Shown: positions 11,910-25,754 of the stretch, in pieces
Layout of the letters: the number at the start of each line of letters is the position of its first letter
Position numbering within the stretch: the stretch's first letter is position 1
Source: Lingula anatina
Taxonomy: Eukaryota; Animalia; Brachiopoda
Length of the DNA stretch: 64,000 nucleotides
Assembly: GCA_051362555.1 (NCBI GenBank)
Contig: CM120649.1
Coordinates: 17,312,567 to 17,376,566, forward strand
Direction of reading: 5' to 3'
Made by a program: the position numbers and the translations under genes
The notes under the pieces: generated by a model
Databases searched by the model: none
The model's input: only the letters and a program-made list of their open reading frames with translations
What the model was told of the DNA's origin: nothing

Positions 11910-14900
11910 CTCTGAAGTGCCGAATAAGAGTGCCTACCGGAATAACAGTGCCCCCCGGAAAACTTTCCAAAATTAATAACAGTGCCTAGCGGAATAACTG
12001 TGCCCCCTGGAAAAATTCCCGATATTTAATAACAGTGCCTAGCGGAATAACTGTGCCCCCCGGAAAATTTTATCAATTTTGATAATTTCAATGAATAATT
12101 GTAATGGCAATTTTAAATTATATTCAAATCTGGAAAAATTATGTTTATTAAACATAAAAAAACCACAATATCTAGACAAATTTATCTTTGATTTTATACA
12201 CATAGTTTAACATATTTTAACTATTAAGAGTAATCTCTATCACCAAGCTCTCCCGGAAAATTTTTTCAATCGAGGTGCAATTTGGTGCATTTTCGGGTAT
12301 TTATGTAATTTTTTTTACATCTTATGTGTCACTGAATTGTCTTGTTTTAGATGTTTTGAGGAATTTTGTTTAGACAAAATTTATTTTCCTGTCTATGCAT
12401 TCACTCAGTTTAGTCAATCTTGAAGTTTAAGGTTCAGCAGCAGCAGTTCCTATAATGCTAATTTAAACATTCAAAAATTATAGAACATACTATTTCAAAA
12501 AAAAAAAAAAATTAACTACTTTAATACTTACAGGAATCAAGAAAAAGGGCTTCCTATATTGAATTATTTTTGGATTGACCAAAAAGTTTATATAATATGT
12601 TGTTCTTACCATTTTTCACCTTTCTGAAAGTAACTGGTCAATTGACTTTGCGTGTGGGAGCGTTTCATCCTTAAACAAAACTGCCGCAAAAAATGTTCTC
12701 TCTCCTGTCGTTCAGCGCAAAGCGACTCCCGCTACTAATTATAGTTTGAGATGTAATTTATAATCAACAACTTCAAACACCGTGAAATGAATTTTTCAGA
12801 ATTAAAGAGATTAAAATCACACTTATCACCAATTTGAGTTCTTCGTTTGTTCATTTATATGATTCTATTCAGTGATGGAAATTCATATTCAATACACGCG
12901 AAATACTGACGTGACCCAGTTTTTACAACGCTACTGCTTTCACAAAACTAACCCGTAAATCAGTAGAAAATCTTCTCCAAATTTATAAAATCAACGAAGT
13001 GCTCTTAATTTTCTCCATTTTTATCAGTGAATAAACGTAAACTATAAAAACACACAACAGGCGGTCTTAATTTCGGAACATGACGAAGTGACAGAGAAAG
13101 TGTATTTGTGACATGTGACTAAATGTTGTCGAGAGCAGTTGCCTCGTTTCGCTCTGTGTCGTATACTTCAAATAAAGCACAGAACTGCGAAAACGAGGCA
13201 CTCACAGGGAGATGGCATACGCGCATGCGTATTTTCGTTACTACTAAATCAAGTGCTCAGAAGCGTACGTATGTAAACAGAATGCCATATTTGCTTAGAA
13301 ATAAATATAAATTTCAGTTAGCATGAGTGAAAATATACTTTTTTGTTCCATTCAGCCCAGCGAGGCGGTGCTTTTGACAAATTTCAGAGCGGCGCCTCGC
13401 TCTTTATATGCTAGAGAAACACTGGCTTTTATTTACGCTAAAAACAAGTTCGAGTGTACTGCTCAGTCAGCCCGGGAGCCACCGGCTCGACGGTTATTTT
13501 GGAGAATATTAGATTTGGCCTCGTTTTCAAAACTTGAAGTGGCGGCCTTACCCAGATATGGCGGGAGGAGTAGGCATGGAGACAGGTAAGATGAACAGAC
13601 GTTTATACGCTGATATGTTGATAATTTTACTAATGCACTTGACAGAACGATAAAGTATATTCTGAAGCTATATTTTATATACCATAGTAGTGTTTAAGTA
13701 TCGGTTTCACTGAATCTTCTATCAAGTTACTGTCGTGTTCCAAAATGGCGGCACACAGAACCCAAATGTAAACACGTTCTTTTGAATTGTGCCAAATGCA
13801 GATAACAATGATTTTTCTTTATCTGTTAAGTTTTTTTAATAGTTTGACATTTGTTTTTGAACAGGTAAAAAATTTAGGTAGGAACCTAACCTGTAACTTA
13901 TCGATTTTCTACATTTCCGACAGGTAGTATATTTTGCAATGTTCCGAGTAACTACATGGGCAGTCTTGAGTGTACATCTTTAATGAATGTCGAAGTTTAA
14001 TATTGAATTTTTGCATTTTCATGCCATATTTTGGTGTTTTGAAGTTAACTAGATTAAATACTTCATGAAATGACAGTGTGTGTGGTTGGGGCGATCACAG
14101 TAGAGTGAATGTGGGGGCAGTCTTGCCTCAGGTCTTGTATGAATGTCACAATAAAATATTGAGAATTTGCCTTCTTATGCTTTTTTTTGTGCTTTGATGT
14201 TTATTAACAGAAATGGCCCGCGAAATGACATGTAGTATACTTGATTCTGTATAGATAGATATATTATGAGAGGGGGATAGGTCACTTTTGAGGATATAAA
14301 AGCCATTTTTTAGATATTCTGCATTATCCTTTTCATGCTATTTATTTGCATTTTGATTTAAGTAAGATGAAAAAAAAACAAAAAAAGTAATATTTTGAAA
14401 TTTCCATGAAAAAGGATTGAAACTTGTATAAACTGATAAAAAATATTTATCAGTTATTTATTATTATCATGTACAAGAATGCCCAATAAATGATAGGTTC
14501 AATATTTTATCTACCTTTTTATATACTTTCAGTGACCTAAAGTGTTGACAGTTCAAAGGCTTGTATTATAACAATTAAGATGTCGGTGTTCCACAGCTGA
14601 ATATACATGTACATTGCCAAGTAGTAAGTAGCTTTTCATATCAATTTGTTGGTATATATATCACTTGAACATATTTTTTATTTTATCATAAATTGAATAA
14701 TATATCATGCCCAAGAGAAAGCTTAGCTAGGACATTTACCCATGTGTTTTCCTTGTGGTCCGTGTCCAAGGTGTGGGAAAGTCGATTTATAGTTGTTGGA
14801 TGTTGATGTCAGTGAAAAGCAATGTTATCTGTCCTGCATGTGTGTGCATGGGGTGAGTTTGGGGCCACACATGCTTGTAAATTATAGTTGTGAAAGATAC

Positions 14901-17029
14901 AAAATTGAAAACCAACCACAAGCATCTTTTCAAAAATATGAATAACAAATTTTGACTTTTAACATGTTTGCTCCTTTGGCAGGGTACAAATGTACAATAT
15001 CAATATGGGGGAAAACTTGTTAGTCAAAATAAGTTTTATTACATTTTTACCCCCATTTGTTGACCATTTGCAATACATACATACATACATACATACTGTG
15101 CATCATAAAATGCCAAGTGCTATAACATTGTGTATATGTTTTCAAATTGTGATAGCCATATCATAGGCAATTTTTTGTTAGAAGGAACAGTTTAGTTTTG
15201 TTTAAAATCTCCCACACACACAACACATGGGTTATAAGTATGTGAGGGAAAAATGTTTCATGAAAAAAAGAACATTATATTAACAAAATTCCTCCTTTGT
15301 TTTATAGTGTATTATAGTTGTGAACACTGTAGTTTGTAGACTTCAATATTGATACACTTTAAGAGTACTATTTTAGATAAATCGATTGATACCAGCTTCC
15401 CTATTATCAAGATTGTGGTTTATTATTTATACTGATTTTAGTTTGTTGTTGTTTTGTGTGTGTAAAGATATATGCAGTTAAAAATGTTTTTGAATGTTAC
15501 CTTTTAAATCTTTTTAATGTTTTAATCCAATATTTTTCTAGGCTTGAAGAACATGAAAGGGACCAGGATTAATCATTTTGCCATTCCTTGGCAATTATGA
15601 CAGAAGCTCAGAAGTTACTTAATCCTTTTAAAACTGAAAACATTCTTTTAAAACTTGGTTACAGTTCTTTCTAATGAATAAAAAACAATAACAGATTCAT
15701 GTAATATAATTAAATGTGCAAGTTTTTAAATGAAGTTTGGCTGTGAAATCACCACTATGACACTTACAAAAATTAATTCAAATGAAAATATAGACTGGTA
15801 CAGGTCTAACTGGTATCAGTGAAATAAATTGCTGATTCCAGGTAAATTTATGAAATTATATAAATTGTTTATATTGATCTTGTTTTTAAAAGGAGTAGTG
15901 TGTCCTGTGGCTATAACTCTATGTTATGATCAAGAAGTGTAAAATAATTGCCATATCAATGTGTTGCAAAAGTAAAAAATAATTTTTGCCACAAATATAC
16001 ATGTATATTTGCATCAGCTTTAATTCCTGTTGGCTGTCACAATATTGATATTTTTGTTGATGATATTATGTTTTAAATGTTATATAGTTGTTCATATGTA
16101 AAAAAAACATTCAGTTGATAAAAAAGTCTTGTTTGTTTTGTTTTTATTAGTCTTTCAATAAAAAGAAACTGGCAGCGGGTGGCCTCGTGTAATAGATAAA
16201 TGCTTATTTACAAAAAAAAAATGAAATGTTCATTTCCTCTATTCTTCCTGTGCAAGCTTCTCTTCTCTATATAAAAAATATTGTTCGGGTGGGGAATTCA
16301 AAACGAGGTTAAATTACAACAAGAATGTACTAAGTCAAAACGAGGCTGGCTTACGGTTGTTGCAAGTACGATTTTTTTTTACATGGGTGTGAATTGATTT
16401 GTGCCATTCCTGGATAACGGTAAAGTTCCTTACATGCTTACATTGACAGAAAGCTGAATAAATTTGCCACAACTTACTGATAATTCGAAGTTGGAACCTG
16501 TTCTCTAAGAATGCAAGCATTAGAGGTAAAGTTGAACTTCAGTTACAGCTTTGGTAAAACTTCGATTTCAAATTCACTTTTGAACACAAAATATGGTTTA
16601 GATCAACTCGAGGAACATCTCACATCATTTGAAATTTATTTCTAAAGATGACAGTATACATAGTAAGACTCTCATACCCTTAGTACTCGATATATTCTAC
16701 CGTTTCTGACACCCTATAAATTTCACAAAAATGCACGCAATTCAAATTCTAGAACTTCCGGTTTGGTTAAAAGCCACCTAGCGGCAGACCGGTGGCTCCC
16801 GGGCTGAGTAGTGCTTGCGACAGGTCATTAATAATTATTAACTTGTCTAATGAAACGATCATCAACATTTCCGAAACGATCAAAAATATTTCCAACCGGC
16901 ACAGTGAGTGCCAAATAACCGTGCCGTGTGGAAAATTATTAATCGTGCCGGGGAGAATAAGATCGTGCCGGGTGGAAAATTTCCGGAAAAAAAATAAACG
17001 TGCCGGCACGTTTATTTGGCACTTCAGAG
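11910..17029. mobile_element. 5.1-kb TIR DNA transposon, non-autonomous, probably Tc1/mariner pogo/Tc2-like, in AMMECR1 intron 4
   Basis: TIR CTCTGAAGTGCCGAATAA ... TTATTTGGCACTTCAGAG. Arrays of AATAA-N-GTGCC subterminal motifs at both ends (about 53-bp unit x3 on the left). TA on the left flank but GC on the right, so the TSD is imperfect. No transposase ORF seen. Confidence 0.8.
12640..13760. promoter_or_regulatory. CpG-enriched promoter-like island inside the TIR element
   Basis: NRF1-like GCGCATGCG at 13221, YY1-like CAAAATGGCGGC at 13741, TGACGT at about 12907, strong + donor CAG|GTAAGA at 13585 and minus-strand donors near 12530 and 12609. Confidence 0.45.
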
Positions 17030-17369
17030 GCTTACCCTGAATAGTTTATCTGAAAATCAGTTTTAACTTAGGTAATTGGATGATTGAATGTTAAAAAAAC
17101 TTAATCGAAACAGTGAGACTAGTAAGTTCACATTAAAAAGATAATGTTTTAGTTTCATTGCCCTAAAGTATTTGAATTATGTTATTTGTACTAAGTTCAA
17201 CTTGATTTTTATGATAAATGACATTATTGTTGGCAGTACCTTTGTAAGACTCCCATTGAAACATATGGCCACTTCATGGGATTTTCATTGCTCATGTTAT
17301 GAAGTACTTTTTGCAGAGTAAACATGTAAAGCTGATGAAAATCTACCCATTGGTTGTTGTCAAGTTTAA

Positions 17370-17576
<207 letters not shown>

Positions 17577-20443
17577 TAAAAGTGGAACTTATCGTGATAA
17601 AGGAAGTGTATCTTTGTCATTGGTCATGATTTATTTGGGGAGGCCTTTTTTGGAGTCAGTTAATTTAAGGAAGTTTATTTGAATTTGTTCAGGGTTGCTT
17701 TAGATTGATAATCTGTCGTCAGCAGCAGATGACACAATTGATAAACTGGGAAATAAATAGCTGAAAGTGCAACGAGATGGTATTTGGAATTGGCCTTGGA
17801 AATAAGATGATTTTTCAATCTAAGGTGGCCCTTAGCTATACAAACTGTTAAGTTTTAGGATAAATAGAGAAACAGGCAAGAAAAAGTATGTATTCAGAAT
17901 TGAGCTTATATTTGGAGAAGTTGATAAAATAGTTTTTTCTTCCCTGTTTGGTTATAGCAAAAAGAATCTCTTATTGTTGGTTGTTTACACAGTGATTATG
18001 TCAGAGCAAGTTAGGGTGTTGTTTGAAAACAATAGCAGATCAGTCCCATTACAGAAGGTTACAAAACACTTCAAAATGCTTGCAACCAAATTCTTTGAAA
18101 AAAATCCTGCAGACAGTTTTGTGGTCAAAACTTCTGCTGTCCTTTGATGCACATCATTCACGTAATTTTATTCCGTATATGCTCTATGTAAACTCTGCTA
18201 TGACCACGGATACCCAAGTGGGCTCTGATGTGTTACAATATTAGACGAAACTGTATTTCCTTTCATTCTGACTCCAGAAAAGGTTTAGCCAATTATGAGT
18301 CGTGTTTCATATGCATTTGATGTCATCCATTCATTGCACAGGAGACTTGACAGCATGGAATTTGGAGAAGGCATTTTGGTCCAATAGAATACATTGTTAC
18401 AAACTTGCTCGGACCCTAAGGGGTCAAATGTCCTTTTTGTTACAAATTATTATCATGAACACCCTTTTAGTGTTGTTTTACAGCAATTTTTAGATATGAA
18501 GTTTAATTTTGATAGAATTCTGTGTTACAGAACTTTAGCCGGCAGATTTCTATCCTTCTGTGGTACCTCAAAGTTTTATTATGAGACTATAACAGTGGTA
18601 TAAGTACAGAAATATGTTGGCTTTGTTGACCCTGGCTGCTATACCAAACAGTTATTTATTGCGAAGACTGAATTTGAAAGCAAAGAGGTTTGAATGTAAA
18701 GAATTCTTTATGAAAGGGATTTCTAAGATTGTATTAAAAAGCTTGATATGTTGCAAAACAAAAAGATACCTTCTTCTAATTTTCCAATTTTTGATCTCAA
18801 ATTACATACTTTTTTGAAAAACAAAACACCCATTAAAAATTCTAGTTTGTTTGAAATGTGTTTGAATTATATATGAAGGCTGTCATTTTTAAGGGTGTGT
18901 ACAAAACCAGTATGGGACGAGGTAGAGCATCAGAGTCAACAGGATAGAGTTTTTGTTATGAAAGTCATCATTTCAGTAGTAAGATATATGTAGTGTATTT
19001 TAATACTTTGTTTATGAAACTCATACCTCATCTTGGGATGACTTACAGGTTCTTGTGCTTTATAGTGCGAGCTCAGCACAGTGACATTTTTTTGTTTCCT
19101 TTTAAAATTTGAAAAACTCATTTTTGTGTCAAAAACAAGAAGGCAACTTTTCCTGTTACCATGAATTCAATGATAAGTCACTTTTTTCTGTTGTCCATAA
19201 ATTTTTGGATATATAACATCTGCCAGAAGCTTTTATCTGCAAACAAACTATTGAGTAAGATAACAAACCATATATGGCATCTCATTCACACAAAAAAAGC
19301 CTTGTGTTGGAACAAAACATTAATTTTTGACATTGGAATTGGTTTATCTTGACCTATCAGATGAGATGTTAGCCACATAAAAAAAGCTTCCTGTTGGAAC
19401 AAAACATTCATTTGGGTCGGAATTGGTTTGAGATGTTCTTGAAGTGCAATTACTTGTATGTAGTCCTATATATCATTCATGAAACTAATTATATTATTGG
19501 GTATAGAGGCCGGTGCTGTGATAACAGGCAATTGTTTGAAATTTCAGAGGTCAGTTGGTAACATTTCATCTCCATTCTATTCGGGCATAGATTTTAGGTA
19601 AAAACTGTTCATTGGGAATCATCCAAGATGGCACTGCCTCCATGTTTAGCATAAAATCAAGCGAGGTTTTGCTGGATTTGGAAGAAAGTGAGGTCAGAGG
19701 AAAAGGCAGATTAGCAAGCGTGGTGCAGAAATAAATGAAAGCTGACAATTTATCTGCAGATATATTTCTGGTTGCTTTCTTTTCTGCTCTGTTAAAACAC
19801 AGTCTATTGCAAAACAGTACGAATCCGCCATGTTGTGGATGTCACTTTTTGTATTGCTTTCTAAGACAACATTCCTGGCACATAAAGTGTCACCCTTATC
19901 ACTAAAATGTTAACCCTATCTCAGATTCGCCTATGTTTTTAGTCTCGTATGATGTCACTCTGTGCTGAAGGATGGTTCCCATTAGAATATGTGGTTTTTA
20001 CGACAAAATGGTTTAATTAACCAGTTAGGTTACTGTCACAGGCCAACATCAAACGGACCCTAGTTTCACCAAAAAAAAAGAAAAAAAAAAAGGAAAAAGT
20101 GAAGTCAGTGTTACTAAGGATGTGTGCGTGTATCCATGAGAGTGTTGTAACACTATTCCTGATAGGGTAAGATGTGTGCATGTGACCATATGCATGTAAT
20201 GTAATGTTGGTAACAAAATTATAACCACTGGAACTAACTTAAGTATTTTGTGAAACTGGGGATGGAGCAACTCTGAGAGACATAATCTTTAGGAACAGAA
20301 AGAGAATAGTCCATAAAGCATCTGATATGCTTTTTAGCACAACCAAATTGCTAGTCTGTTAATTTGTTTGCCCAGCAGCCATATTGACTATTAAAACTGG
20401 CCAACGTCACAACTGAAACACACAAGTATTTGAACATGTCTAA

Positions 20444-20670
20444 CTGTGCATTCCCAGAGATTTAGATCGATCCAGAGATTTAGATTTAGATCGACCTAAC
20501 TCCCTGGGGGTTCACACTAAATTGCAGTCAGCCGAGCGCGCACGACAGTTAATTAACCCCCATACAGCTTTTAATAGGCGGGACAGACGCTTAAGCTGGC
20601 TAAGCTGACAGTAATCTAGTGAGATTCCTCACAGGGATAGATCGATCTAAAATCTACGGGAATGGGGTCT
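20444..20670. mobile_element. MITE family A, copy 2
   Basis: Same TIR and interior as 7375-7589; ends GGGAATGGGGTCT followed by TAG. Confidence 0.85.
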
Positions 20671-21518
20671 TAGTTTAGGTGTCACGGGCACAATGAGATT
20701 TAGCAACAATGGCCTCATAGTCCCCATTTTAGATAGCATTGCCTGTTATGAAATTGTCAACTACAGATTGAAGTAATGTCTCTAATAAGGCTCTGCATTA
20801 GTAGAACTTAGCAATTGTTAGAAGTCTTAGAGATGATGAAGATATATGAATTATTGAATGAAGAGAGTTGCAAATTGTTGCAGGAAATAAAGTATTTAGT
20901 CATACCATGCAAAGGCACCTAGGAAGTGGAGGTTTTATCGCCAGTATACTATAAGAGAGGAGAAGATGAGAAAGAAAAAAATGTCATCAGTCATTCATTC
21001 CGATTATCAGTGGGCTCTAATCAACAATTGTTGAGTCACACATATTGAGAATGTGTTAGGAAATGGTGATTTTAAGAGATGGACACCACAGAGTATGTGT
21101 AATGGCCACAGGACAGTTCTTGGTTTTATGGTATCTGAGAAGAACAAGCATATCAACAGAAATTACTTTAAAAAATTTTAAGCGTGTTAGCAGTTTGATG
21201 AGGTTAAACATGTAATTGTGTATTACACTGAATCAGGAAGCATGCTGCAGAAACTTATAACCAAGGTACCATATCACATTAAAGATGTTCACAAAGGGTT
21301 TGGTAATTATCCTTAAATTTCAAATGCCACTTATTTCTGTGTTTCACTATTCCAACATTTTTTTTTTCAATTTTAGTCAGCCATTAGATCAGGATTTATG
21401 TACTGGTCTTTCAGAATTTTTGATCCTAATTTTTGTGGGTTTTTCTATTGTGAAATTTAGTTGGTCTTTTTTTGTCCAATTGTAGTGAGTTATTTACCTT
21501 TTGGACTAGTCGCAGTTA

Positions 21519-21927
21519 CTCACTCTTCATGAGGGCCATACAGTACCATCACTCTTCATGAGGGCCATTCAGTACCATCACTCTTCATGAGGGCCACTTA
21601 TTAAAAACACTTCATGAGGGTTATTTAGTACCATCACCTTATGTTAAGGTCATTCAGTACCATCGCTCTTCATGAGGGCCATTTATTTAAAACACTTCTT
21701 GAGGGTTTTTCAGTACCATCACCTTATGTTAAGGTCATTCAGTACCATCACTCTTCATGAGGGCCATTTATTAAAAACGTTTCATGAGGGTCATTCAGTA
21801 CCATCACCCTTTTAGAAGGTCATTTAGTACCATCACCCTTTGAGAAGGTCATTCAGTACCATCACCCTTTATGAAGGTCATTCATCAGAACTATCACTCT
21901 TTGTGAAGGTCGTTTAGTACCATCAGC
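21519..21927. repeat. 29-bp minisatellite with higher-order structure
   Basis: Unit close to CAGTACCATCACTCTTCATGAGGGCCATT, about 14 copies. Variant units recur in a fixed three-unit order with a period of about 84 bp. Confidence 0.92.
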
Positions 21928-24900
21928 TTTCTTGGTGGTTGGGTGTTATGCCATTCTTATGACAGTTTTCACATGTCATGCTACAGGAAGACCATTTCCA
22001 CGTCTTCGGGCTGTTCCTGTGTGTCACAGTGTTCATTCAGTTCCATTGTTCTCCCAGGGGACCATAAGCAATTGTAATTTTACCATCCACATTGTCATTG
22101 CTTTGTCATGATCATTATCATATGTAACCAGTATGTTTATATATGACTTGTCATTGAAGGATTTTCTACATGTACAGAGTAAAGCGTGACACATGTACAT
22201 TTATATAAATATTATTGAAAAACAAAGGGACACTGGTGATCAACTTTGAATACATGAAATATGTAGTGCTGGGTAAATATCTGTGTCCCTTCAAATGTGA
22301 CAGACTGACATAGAAAGAGGGGGAGGGCAGCAGACTGCAGAAACAAATTGTTCTCTTTCTTTTTGAAACTAGTTTGGAAATATGCAGGTTTTCATAATTG
22401 GGTTTTGTGCTCTGAAACACATTTGGGCAGGAAGAGTGGTAAAGAGATGCCCTTTTACTCAGGATTCTCTTTAAAAAGCATAAATTTTCCACCCAAAATT
22501 AACGAGATCATAATGATGTAGTGCATTGTTTTGTTTATGCAGTCTGCTCCCATGGTAAAATACTGCCTTTGTTTGTCAGTTTTATAAGTTATTTTTGTTT
22601 ACTCAAATACTCCAGTGTAATTTGCCAAGTTCTGTCAAAGAGGGTGGACTGTCCTCCATCTTCTTAGTTCAAATGGAAAAAAAGATTTATCTTAGTTTGT
22701 TGCTGTAGCCATGTAAGTACTTGGTGCCAGTGGAATCTTCTTTTAAATTTAAACCATGTTAATTACCAGTGCAACAATATTCTTTGTTGCTATGGCAGGT
22801 TTTATTTCCTAGGCAACACTAAAACCTTCAGTGGTGTAGTCAAATTGTTGATAGTGTTGTCAAGGTTACCCAGGGTTATGTTTGTTGTTTTAGTGACTAT
22901 TTCAAACTTCGATATAATCAGTTCTATTTGTAAATGTTAAATCAGCATTTATACTCTTTTAGTGCATGGTATGAATTATGTATGCAAAGCCTTTGAAAAG
23001 ATATTGATATTTTAGTGTTAGACTTCTTAGTATGGGAATAAAGGATGCTAGTTATGAGTCATTTAGTATTGTAGAAAATGTATGGAAAAAAAGAAAAAAG
23101 ATTTACATGCAATCCTAGTTTTTTGTTGTCATGGGCAAAAAGTAATCACTTCTGACTTTTGATTTTATTCAAACTCATCAAATCAAATGTTGCATTCATT
23201 TAATTTTTACAATTTGTCAGATTTGAAAAAAAAAATGAAGTAAGCAAAGATACACGATATAAACACCAATGTAAAACTGTGGAACATGACCTTGTCACCC
23301 CGAGTTTCAGATGCCATTGGTAGTTGATATCTTTATTATCAGTATGCCTATGATTTTTCTGTTGACATCTGAAGTCCAGGGTCAGTCGGGGAACTACAAG
23401 CAAATGGAATGTTCATATTTGTAGTTGGTCAAAGTAAAAGCAAGCTTTCAAGTTGCTTCTTTGAATGCAAGAAAGCAACGGAAAATAACCTTTAAATACA
23501 GTGACTGTTAGTTTTGTAAAAGATTGATGGATTTGGCAACATGGTTAAAATATTTCGATAAAAAAAAAGTAAAAGTGATTTGTGTAAAAACTGACAAGAT
23601 TTTGCTAAATGTCTGAACACAATGAAGAAAATGTTAAAAAACTGTGAAAGATGCACACAAATGAAAGAATAATATGGTTAGTGGCTTATTATTTAGGTGT
23701 TGTTGAGCAAAATGTGTAGTAAATATTGTATATTAACTAAACTTCCTAACACCCTGAGTTAACTATGGTGCTGTCCATTTCATCACAGAGTGGTCATGAA
23801 TAAGAATACATTAAAAAAATACTTGGACTCTTATTGAAAGTTTCGCTGGCTAAATTCCTGTTAATTTACAGAATAACAGCAAGAAACACTTATTCTGAAG
23901 CCAGTTTCTGGCAAGCAAAAGTAGAAAAATTCAGGATGAATTCCTATGATGGTCACTATCAAGCTGGTAGCCCTACCTTGTAGACTACACCGATTACTTC
24001 AGTGGCAGAAGCTAAAACATCATCTGAAAGGGTATGCCCTCTTAGTCTGGAAGTGCACGAGTCCAAAGGCTCATTGGGTAAAATATGATTTCAAATTGAT
24101 CAGTCAGAAAATCTACTGGCTCCAATTTTAGTTTTAAATTTGAAATTTAATAATGTCACTTATGTAAAGCATTTCCACCCTAATTTATCTGTTTTGCTTT
24201 TAGTACAAAAATGGATTTAGCAATTAATAAGTAAATAGATAAAACATTTTGGGTCAATGAACTCTAATTAATGGAGGTTCAAGGAACTATCTAGGCTTTG
24301 GAAATGTTCCTATCAGCTAGAATGTCCCGCACTCTCCATCTTGAATACCAGTGCTGCTTGAAACGGATAGGATTATGACCGTAGTTATTAATCAGACTGC
24401 CGTGTATTGGAATTGTATTGGAAATAGAGGTTGTATAATCAATGGGTTAGTGGTAGGTTAAATGTTTGTGCACAAATAATAGGTAGTATTCTTTATGCAA
24501 AAATCTGAAGCTCGTACTTTTGTTGGATTTCATAGGAAGAAAGGGGTGGATGGGGAAATAGTCTGAAATTAGCATTACCATCCTTACAAATAGAACATAA
24601 CATATATCTCAAACAAGGGATGGGGGTAATTATGTTGATTGGTCTTAAGTGTGGTACTTATCCAATTTAAGGAAAAAATAAATAATCTTAGTCCAGTAGT
24701 TAAACCCGTTTTAAAATTCTTATATTGTTGTCACTGTGTGGAAATGAAAGGACCATTTACCATTTCAAGATAAAGATGTTGATGATGATGTTCATTGCAA
24801 ATAAATTTTGCAGATATTACAAACAGCTGCAATTGCAACTATTTGAATATGTTTTCTAAAGTTTTTTTCAAACTTCTTTTTGTTTTGTTGTGAATGACGT

Positions 24901-25249
24901 TGGTCAGCTTAATACAGCTTCAAACTTCAGCTGGATTATATTTGGTTAGTTAAATAAAATCTATTTTAATTTTCAGAATGTTGCACTGGAATTGACAATA
25001 TCATGTTTGCCAAGTCATTTTTAGTGCTGAAAACTTATAAAAATGTTTTTGCCAGTACATTGTACTAGTACAATATTGTAAGATAATTTTTTTTCAAAAG
25101 TAGATGTATATTCACTTTTTGCTGAAGTGGATGGCGTATATTGATTTTTGATATGCTAAAGAGGTAAGATTATACATATGTTATTAGTAAGAATCATTAT
25201 TATACTGTCAATATTTTCAAATGTCATTACTTCATACATTTAAAATTGA

Positions 25250-25312
25250 AATAAACATCAGTACAAGTGTCCTTATATTTGCGTTTTGACTCGCATAAGG
25301 TTTCAGAATAAA
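25250..25312 (+). terminator. Candidate distal polyadenylation signals for AMMECR1
   Basis: AATAAA at 25250 and 25307, followed by T-rich sequence, just before the next promoter-like region. Confidence 0.3.
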
Positions 25313-25559
25313 AGAAGTGGTGCCACTCTCACATCTTTCAAACACAAACTATTAGCATTTTCTACCTCACCAAACTATTAATGGACACATGTAGGATCTT
25401 GTCCCCATTAGTGTTTTTTTTTTTTTTTTTGACTTGACGCAATTTTTTTGTAAACGCAAGGTAGCCCTGACTTTCTTTGAAAAATTAGCAACAAACATAT
25501 TTAATCAAGCTAATTGTTTCAGTGTACTGTGGGTTCTAGTTGTTGCCTCTACCAGTGAA

Positions 25560-25754
25560 GATTATGCGTGAGTTAACCCACATATCTGACCTAGTTTCGA
25601 AATGTGTAACCTATTTACGAAACCGAGGCTTGGAAGCGCGTGTTTCTTGAAAGTGGGACAGGTTGTGTGCATTGATAATTTAGTTAAACAGCAGCGTGTG
25701 GTAAATTGAATTATTTAAGAGTGTTGTAATTTATCGCTTTACACATAGAAGGCG
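25560..25754 (+). promoter_or_regulatory. Promoter and non-coding first exon of the uncharacterised gene
   Basis: Local CpG enrichment ending in a consensus donor GCG|GTGAGT at 25754/25755, upstream of the ATG at 26339. Confidence 0.55.

Noticed and set aside
21519-21927. CRISPR-like appearance of the 29-bp repeats
   Set aside because: The intervening sequences are homologous variants rather than unique spacers, there are no cas genes, and the context is eukaryotic.
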